From Camelus ferus (Eukaryota), in assembly GCF_009834535.1 (NCBI RefSeq), contig NC_045727.1, positions 13,516,001 through 13,580,000 on the forward strand: a stretch of DNA of 64,000 bases, in the 5' to 3' direction. Position 1 is the stretch's first letter. Each line of letters starts with the position of its first letter. Of the stretch, positions 56,559 to 64,000 are shown one piece after another. The translations under genes and the position numbers were made by a program. The notes below the pieces were generated by a model, which was not told the DNA's origin, searched no databases, and worked only from the letters and a program-made list of their open reading frames with translations.

Positions 56559-59500
56559 GTACCGTGACCTCCGCCCCTCGACCGGCAGCTCGAGTCTAGG
56601 CCTGGGCCCTCCCCTCCGGCGCGGGCGTTCCTCACTTGGGCAGGAAGAAGCGGCGTCTTGGGAGGCTTGGAGGGACTCCAACTCCCAGGAGGCAGCGCGC
56701 TTCCCGCCGGCCTTCTGGTAGCGAAACCGCTTGCTAGAACAGTGGTTCTCAAAGTGTGGTTCGCGGACCAGTAGAGCAGCAGCATCACCCGGGAGCTTAT
56801 TAGAAATGCTGAGTTTCCACCCTAGTCTTTCTGAATCACAGTCTGCATTTCACTAAGATCCCAAGGCGATTCATTAAAGTTTGAGAAGCACTGATCAGGT
56901 GCATCCACCGGTTTTCTGTGGTAGTCGGGCCTACCGGCCCTCCAGCCTTTACCCAGGAATCCCTAATTTCCCGGCCTGCACGGTTCATCTTTGAACGTTA
57001 ATTGTCAGCATCTGCTTTCTGCCCAGACACCATGCCAGGCTACGATGTTACTGGAATAAATGAAGCACAACTCCTGCTTTAGGGAACTCACAGACTAGTG
57101 GGGAGACAGAAGTGAATACTCAATAAATGTTTATTATCTCAAACACAGTAAATGATACAGTTCCAGCCAGCCCTTAGAAAGATCTCAGCTAAAACGTGCA
57201 TGAGTAATTATTGTGTGTTATGCCCTGTAGTAGGAGTGTCAAGTACAAAGGAGACAGAAATTTTAATCAACATTGCTTTAATGGGGTAGAGGGGAGTTTA
57301 AGGTAGGTGAAGCCCCAGAAGTGAGAGGGAAATGGCGTTTAGAAGGATGAATTCATTCAGCAAACACTTATTGAGCATATACTGTATGCTGACCACTGCA
57401 AGTACCTATGTATCATTGGTGTTTTCCCAGTCACTTGAGAAAACAAAGAACCGAATTTTGGGGACCCCTAACACTATAGGGTAGGAGGTGAAACAGGAGC
57501 CAGGAGAGAAACTTGAATGAAATGGTGAAAAAGGAAGGACGGGTAAGAATAGGACCTGGGAGTTGAGAGTTTTGTGAAGGGGTGGTCACTGGTCACATGG
57601 CCAGATAATCACTGGAGTTGGCTATAGGCTGTGGTTGTTGGCTTTTGTCAAGAGCACTTGAAATGGATGGGGACCAAACGGGACCTAATGCCGGGTGAGG
57701 AAGTGGAACAGCAAGACTGAGAGAGCTCAGGGTGTTTAGCTACCAGAGGAAGGAGAGAAGGCAGTAGCAGAAAGAAACATGAGAGCAGGGGAGAAGCTTT
57801 GTTTTTCTGAAATGAAATACTTGACCCTTTGTTTACTGAAAGAAGCTGGTGAGGAAAGAATATTGGAACTGAAGGGACAATTAATGTTGAGTATTCAGTG
57901 TAGTGTCACAAAACATTTGAACATTGGTACTATGGTATGGTTACAGAGGGAAAGGACATTCACAGCAGGAGTGGCCAGCAAGGAGTTTTCCATTTCTTTA
58001 TTTAGCAAACAGTTGTTAAATATCCCATATCAGGTACATCCTTGGGTGGGGGGAAACACACATGGCCTTCTGGATTCTGGAACATGGTTTCTCAGAATAT
58101 GGTCAGATTTCTCCTTGTATCTGAATCACCTGAGCACTTAGTAAAAATGCAGATTCCCAGTGTCATTGAGAACTGAGACCGTCTAGCTGGGAGGAGCCAG
58201 GGCAGCTACTCTTCACTGGTTCTTTGGGAGAGTCCCATGCAAGCACAGAGTAGTTAAGAGAACCATGCTTCTGGAGCAGAGGTTCCGAACTCAAGGAGAG
58301 TCTATGGGAGAGAGTCTGTATTCTCAATAATACACTAGAGGAGTTTAACGATGGGGATCCAGCGCCAAAACAGGCACTTCATGACCTTCTTTTTCCTGTT
58401 TTCTCAGCCCACAGAAGAAGAAGCATCTTCAAAGGAGGATTCTACCCCTTCTAAACCAGTGGTGGGGATTATTTACCCTCCTCCAGAGGTCAGGAATATC
58501 GTTGACAAGACTGCCAGCTTTGTGGCCAGGTAACATAGCTACTCCTACTTGTGTGGGTGGATTTTGTCCAAAGAGCTCCTGAATCCGTACAAGAGTATTA
58601 CCTGGGATTTTAGAGTGGCATTGTCATGTTAGGCCTGTTAACTTATCTAAAACCACAATGTGGTCTGAGGCAGACAGTGGGCAGAACTGGCGTCTGTGAC
58701 ATAGAATGGCAGTGGCAGAGTACAAGTCCCACTCAGCTCCAGAGTCACCAGCAACCTGTGCTTCCACAACGGGCCTGAGTCAGTGCCTGGTAAGCTGCTT
58801 TGTCATGGGTAATGCATGTCTGTGTCTGAGCTGCTGGCCTGAAGAAGACAAAAAAGGGAGTTGATCATTCTCATTGTACAAGGACAGCATTCCTTTGACC
58901 CATCTGCAAAATGAAATAACGTGCCACCTCAGTTTTTGTGAGGCAGGAGTGAGGTAATGGGACTGAATGAAATACAGGTACATCATGTAGGTATTAGTTC
59001 AGATGACATAAAAATCAGTTTGATTTCCTCTTGTCCCTCCCCATCATACTTATACACACTTTTTCTAATGGACTCGTCTTGATGACCACTTGACTCCAAA
59101 GGTCAACACATCCCCTAGTTTAGGACATTTCAAGTATTCCTTTGGCAGCCAGCCGGCCACAACCAGCCTACAGATCTTTTGTTTGTTCTCAGCAAGTGTA
59201 TTTTTTTTTTAACTTTTGAATTAGTTGCCACTGTTTAGAGATGAGATTGCACAGTAAATCTGGATTTCTGACTTCTCTTAACATACTGGACAGCTTCTTG
59301 CACAGAAGCAGTAGCTGGCCCTGAGCAGACTACTGCCCTCAGTCAGGACTCATGCTCTCCAGGGGGCCTCACCTTTAGCCTAAGGCAGCATCCCCATCAC
59401 AATACAACTTTTAATGGGTCCTTCCCTTCCCAACCTCCCTATGAAGTGAAGCATAGAAAGAGGTTACTCTGAGTGATGTCTTTCACTGTATCAGGTTCCA

Positions 59501-62500
59501 TGCAGACTGATCTTGTCACATTTCAAAGGCTTTGATTAACTTGGGTATTGGGATAAATGGCTCTGTGCTTCATTGAACATTATCAGGCCATGTCTGATTG
59601 GCTTGTATTGTTTGTTTTATGAGGGAGAGGTAATTAGGTTTCTTCATTGATTTCCGCTTGGAGGAGGTACTGGGTATTGAACCTAGGACCTCTTGGGTGC
59701 TGAGCATGCGCTCTACCACTTGAGATATACCCTTCCCCCAGGCCATGTCAGATTTAGGGCAGCAGGTGTTGTGTTTATGATAAGTTTATTTTCTCATAGC
59801 AGCACTCATTCTTCTCTTCCCCTGATATTTTGAAAACAGAAAATAGGGAAAGGATGTTAGAATAAGAATCACCACAATCTCACGACCAGTTTCTACCAGC
59901 TGTTTTCACTCTTTCCTGTTTCCTTCTGGCTCTTGGCATCCTTTTTCGGGTCCTTGTAATACTAGCAGAGATACTTTCACATCCTGCTTTTTCCTTTTGT
60001 ACTGTGTTGTAAGCATTTTCCTGTGTTGCTCCATGGTCTGTTGCTGCGTGGTCCTCTCTGGAGCGGATGCAGCATGTTGAGGTGACAGGCCTTCCTTGAC
60101 TTGGCCGACTCCTCTGTATTTCCCTTTGAGAGTGTTTCTAACATTTCAGTTTGGCAAATGAAGCTGTGGGGAAGTCTGAGCATTTTCTTTCCCTTGTCGA
60201 TTGTTTCCTTAGGAGAAAATTCTATGTGCCACATTACTGGCTAAAAGAGCATTTTTAAAGATTTCCTAAACATTTTGCCAAGTTACTTTCCCATTATTTT
60301 GTGCTAGCCACAGAAATAAAAGTCTGTCCAACTTTCCTTAATACTAAATCTATATATTATATCCATATCCCTAGGTTTATTTTTGATGATTGCCTTTTAG
60401 GCATTTCTAAATCTGTGGCCTTGCTTTTGTTTACATTGCAATGAAGGGACAGAGCAGCATGTCACTCTGGGTTAAAGCAAGCATACAGGACCCTCTGCTT
60501 TACTTTTGTTGGGTTCCCAGGTATCAGGTGGTGGAGCATACAGTAAATACGCAGTGTGGTTTTCCAAAAGTTTTTTTTTTTTTTTTCAGTAGGTTTAGTC
60601 TTCCTATCCCTGCATTTTCCTGCCAAGAAACTGAAGTGGAAATTACCCTTAAAAAGTCCCACCAGCTGGGTTGAGTCAGAATCATGTCTTTTTCTGATGA
60701 AATGTATTCCATGTGTTAGAGAATATAAGTCTAAAATTCATATTAAGCTAACTTAAAGCAACGGAGTAGCTTGGAATGAACATGCCTGCCTTCTTGTCGT
60801 TTTGTCTTTCAGATTATTCCCAGATGTGGTGAGGTTATGGCATAGGAGGCGGTGGTAGAGGAGACAACCAGAGCCCCCTTTTCTAGCAGCCCTTTGTGTG
60901 GTGGCCTAGTTGCAGTATTTAAGTGTGTGTTCACCCTCCTCCTCGTGTGTGGTTTGCGTTATTTAAGGAGGGGGAAGAATGCTTCTTCCTCAAGCATGAG
61001 GTTCCAGTTAGACTAAAATGCTGTCACATTGAACCTCATGGTGTTTATCACACTGCAGAGCGTGACCAGGACTTGCAGAGGAGCTGTGGTGGCTAAACTG
61101 GGGCACAGCATTACCTGCACCTCTCCTATCTCCTGCCCTCTCTTCAACTGACGGGGCCACAGTATGAAAATCTGAAAAGAGTGGAATGACTTGGCTGTTG
61201 CCAGCCTCTGGAGCCATCCCTTGGTGTATCTGGGGCACCTCTGAGTGCAGGGCTCTGGTGGGAGGAGTGATGGAAGCCCCACGGACATCTGATACCCAGA
61301 TCGTCTCTCGTGTTTACAGGACAGCCCCTTCTAGCCTTCATAGGAGTAATGGCCCCTTGGTTTGCAGGCCACTGTATGATTCAAAAAGACTTTGACATCT
61401 TCTTAACTAATTTGATCTCAGTTATTCAAAGTCTAGAGAGAATGTGGTGTTAGCTTGATTTTACACATGGGAAAGCAAGTTTAAGAGAAGTTTTATAGCT
61501 TGGTAAGTTGGTACTGAACCCAAAACTAGAACGAGTCCGAATCGTGTGTCTTTAAGGTTAGTGCACTTCCTGACAGATACAGGTGTTGTGTACATGTGAC
61601 ACCTTGAAATATTACTGTTGGGACTCTAAAAATCCGGATTCCCTACACATGATGAGAGGGACATTTTTCATTATTTTGAGGGTTTAAAGACATGCAAATT
61701 GGGGACATTGGCTGTATGTGGGAAATTGTCCCAGATACAGAGAGAGATGGGAGACTTCCTTGCTGATGTTACTGCTTCCCTGAATGTGCCTTACACAGCA
61801 GCATGAGTCTGGGTCCTTGGGGAGCAGTGTTTCCTGTATGAGCCTCACCCAGTAGTAAATGAGGTGATTTTAGCTAGTACATAGACAAGGCATTAAATCA
61901 CTTTGTCTACATTTTCTTTTTTTTTTTTTTTTCTTTTCAATCCTTCTTGTTGCCCAAGGGACTGTTTCAGTTTGGTGCTAGGATATCTTTTAACATGTCT
62001 CCAGCACTCAGTCATCCTGCTTTTTAACTAAGAACTGGCTTCAGTATCAGCAAACTTCAAGCTAAACTTTTAACAATATTACTTTGTTTTCACTGTATTG
62101 AATTGTATGACTGTTTTGTTAGTACAGCCATACTGATTTTTACTTGAAGTAGTAATATATGCCTTCCTTCTTAAGTACATTTTGTCGGGGGTGGTAATTA
62201 GGTTTACTTATTTATTTATTTTTATACGAGGTACTGGGGATTAAACCCAGGACCCTGTGTATGCTAAGCATATGCTTTACTGCTTGAGCTATACCCTCCC
62301 CACTTAAGTACTTTTTTTTTAAGTAAATAAATTTCATTGAAAGGAAAAAGCAGTAGTCCAGATTGTCTTGAAAATAGCAAGACTGGCAGAGTAGCTGCAG
62401 GAGTGACGGAGGAGGCCTGGATAGACTGCAGGAGGCAGGTGGCACTGGCCACTGACGCCAGGAGTCTCGAGGTGGACCTCTGCTGTGTTGAGGGATAGGC

Positions 62501-64000
62501 TGGTTTGAGTGATGGGTGGTGGCAAGAATGGGGATTGGGTGGGCTGTGTTCTGGTCTAAGCAGTTGCAAGGGTTGTAGTGTTAATGCTTCTCTTTTTTCT
62601 CCTTTCTAGGAACGGACCTGAATTTGAAGCTAGGATACGACAGAATGAAATCAACAACCCCAAGTTCAACTTCCTGAACCCCAACGACCCTTACCATGCC
62701 TACTACCGCCACAAGGTCAGCGAGTTCAAGGAGGGGAAGGCTCAGGAGCCCTCGGCCGCCATCCCTAAGGTCATGCAGCAGCAGCAGCAAGCCACCCAGC
62801 AGCAGCTGCCCCAGAAGGTTGGAGCCAGCCCCTCCCCTCACTTCCCCAGGACTGAGAGTGGCCAGGACAGGGAGGGGGGAGATAATGAACTCTGCTGTCT
62901 AAGCCTCACAGCCACCTATGGAGAGACATGAGGTGTTTATCCCCACCTTACAGAGGGAGACACTGAAGCTCAGACAGCAAAGTATTGCTGACACTTGGCA
63001 TTTGCTGAATGCTGCTTGTCAAGCTCTATGCTCAGTGCTTTGGGAGCCTTGTCTCATTGGTGCCTCATAGGAGCTGCGTGAGGAGGCCAGCAAAATGACC
63101 ATGTTACAGATGAGGAATCTAAGGCTCGGGAAGTGTGATTACCCACAGAGTCAGGACCCTGAAGTCCATGCTCTCAGCCTCTACTCTTTACCTTGACCGT
63201 GGTATGAGGGCAGTGCCACAGTGTGGCATGTGGACCTGTTCTTGTGCCATCTCTCCCGTCTCACCTTCCCAGGCCCCTCTGTCTGGCCTGCCCTAATACC
63301 TCCTTAGCACTAGGGACGATTAAGGCTGTCCATGAGGACAGGAAGGGCCCACACATTTTGCCTCCTGTGTAAACTTGGACTGGTCCCTTCTCTGCTTCAC
63401 TCCTGGACCATGGTGGCAAAGGCTACCCTTGGTTTTATAGTGGGATATAAAGGTTGAAGTAGGTTCTGAGACCATGTGTTACAATTTACTACTCTTGGGG
63501 CCTCAGGCGACCTCAGTTTTCTCATCTATAAAAATAATTCACAGTAGTTGTTCTGTCCACCTTGTGGTTCGTTTGGAGGCCAGATGAGGTAACAGATGGG
63601 GAAGTCTCCTTTCTGGTGGGGTCCTCTGCACACGTGTAGGGCTTACTACATCCTCCGTCTCCCTTGGGTGGGGTTTAATAAGCTGTGTTCCTATTGAATC
63701 TTTTGCCGCCTGGTTTTGATCCTCAGGTTTCAGGGCAGCAGCAGAGATACAGAGGGGCATGGATCTCACTCAAAAAGCCAGTCAGGGAGTTGAGGCCTCA
63801 GTTGGCCAAGAAATTGGTGCTCTTGTGAATTAGGAGTCTCTCACACCATGTGCCGGCAGCATGCGCGTGATTAACAGAAGCATAGAGGTCCGTGCCATCC
63901 TGCTGGGGGTGTATTCTCGCCCCTCCTCTGGAACCAGTCCACTTTGTGTCTCTTGCCTCACATTCCCTTTGCATCTTAGGTCCAAGCCCAGGTGATCCAA
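56496..64000 (+). CDS. SF3A1: Splicing factor 3a subunit 1 (SF3a120), 3'-partial; exons 56496-56558, 58408-58529, 62610-62817, 63980-64000 (runs off window)
   Basis: MPAGPVQAVPPPPPAATEPKQPTEEEASSKEDSTPSKPVVGIIYPPPEVRNIVDKTASFVARNGPEFEARIRQNEINNPKFNFLNPNDPYHAYYRHKVSEFKEG... (first SURP/SWAP domain) ...LPQKVQAQVIQ; exons 63/122/208 nt. Confidence 0.98.
56740..56893 (+). mobile_element. MER5A-like hAT MITE
   Basis: Terminal inverted repeats CAGTGGTTCTCAAA / TTTGAGAAGCACTG; internal gcagcagcatcacccgggagcttattagaaatgc. Confidence 0.85.
57020..57400 (-). mobile_element. L2 fragments
   Basis: ttcattcagcaaacacttattgagcatatactgtatgc; ctcctgctttagggaactcacagactagtggggagacag. Confidence 0.55.
58408..58529 (+). 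CDS. SF3A1: SF3A1 exon 2 (122 nt)
   Basis: PTEEEASSKEDS...KTASFVA. Confidence 0.96.
59600..59738 (-). mobile_element. tRNA-derived SINE (camelid type) with 16-bp TSD
   Basis: Reverse head/body; TSD CAGGCCATGTC(T/A)GATT at 59584-59599 and 59739-59754. Confidence 0.88.
62179..62302 (-). mobile_element. tRNA-derived SINE (camelid type) with 9-bp TSD
   Basis: ggtaattaggttt...gaggtactggggattaaacccagg...cttgagctataccctcccc; TSD CTTAAGTAC at 62170-62178 and 62303-62311. Confidence 0.88.
62610..62817 (+). CDS. SF3A1: SF3A1 exon 3 (208 nt)
   Basis: NGPEFEARIRQNEINNPKFNFLNPNDPYHAYY...QQQLPQK. Confidence 0.96.
62930..63190 (-). mobile_element. MIR SINE fragments
   Basis: atccccaccttacagagggagacactgaagctcag; gttacagatgaggaatctaaggctc. 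Confidence 0.6.
63980..64000 (+). CDS. SF3A1: SF3A1 exon 4, first 21 nt
   Basis: cttag|GTC CAA GCC CAG GTG ATC CAA = VQAQVIQ. Confidence 0.9.

Larger units (their letters stand above)
55700..56720. promoter_or_regulatory. Bidirectional SF3A1/CCDC157 CpG-island promoter; putative CCDC157 non-coding exon 1 with donor at 56155
   Basis: ETS CCGGAAGT 56348-56355, YY1 CCGCCATCTT 56392-56401, - strand CTG|GTGAGA donor; head-to-head genes. Confidence 0.85.

Noticed and set aside
62773-62805. SF3A1 Gln-rich stretch as a polyQ expansion
   Set aside because: Only five consecutive Gln, same as the normal protein as recalled

Overview
Mammalian genomic DNA, most likely a camelid (tRNA-derived SINEs of the vic-1 type plus artiodactyl-type L1 ends). 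It is syntenic with human 22q12.2, in reverse orientation. Five protein-coding genes were reconstructed exon by exon with GT-AG junctions and consistent frames. MTFP1 (-): coding exons 1-3, last exon lies left of the window. SEC14L2 (-): 11 visible coding exons, with the 12th inferred to sit inside a 148-N gap. RNF215 (+): complete, 375 aa. CCDC157 (-): complete, 717 aa. SF3A1 (+): exons 1-3 and the start of exon 4, head-to-head with CCDC157. The rest is introns, CpG-island promoters and interspersed repeats (MIR, L2, L1, MLT1, MER5A, MER33, a solo ERV LTR, SINEs). There are no CRISPR arrays, rRNA or credible tRNA genes. The most interesting hypothesis is that the phase-1 donor of SEC14L2 exon 11 acts as a C-terminal switch with four possible outcomes: canonical exon 12, intron read-through, an apparent extra terminal exon at 8870-8976, or an in-frame splice into MTFP1 exon 2 giving a lipid-transfer/mitochondrial-fission chimera. 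A gene-less housekeeping-type promoter lies between the two genes. Other leads are a nuclear-receptor half-site cluster in SEC14L2 intron 2, a candidate poison exon in SF3A1 intron 2, divergent CTCF sites, and a nonamer that is both an AU-rich element and an antisense poly(A) signal. Comparisons to human sequences are from memory and need alignment to confirm.
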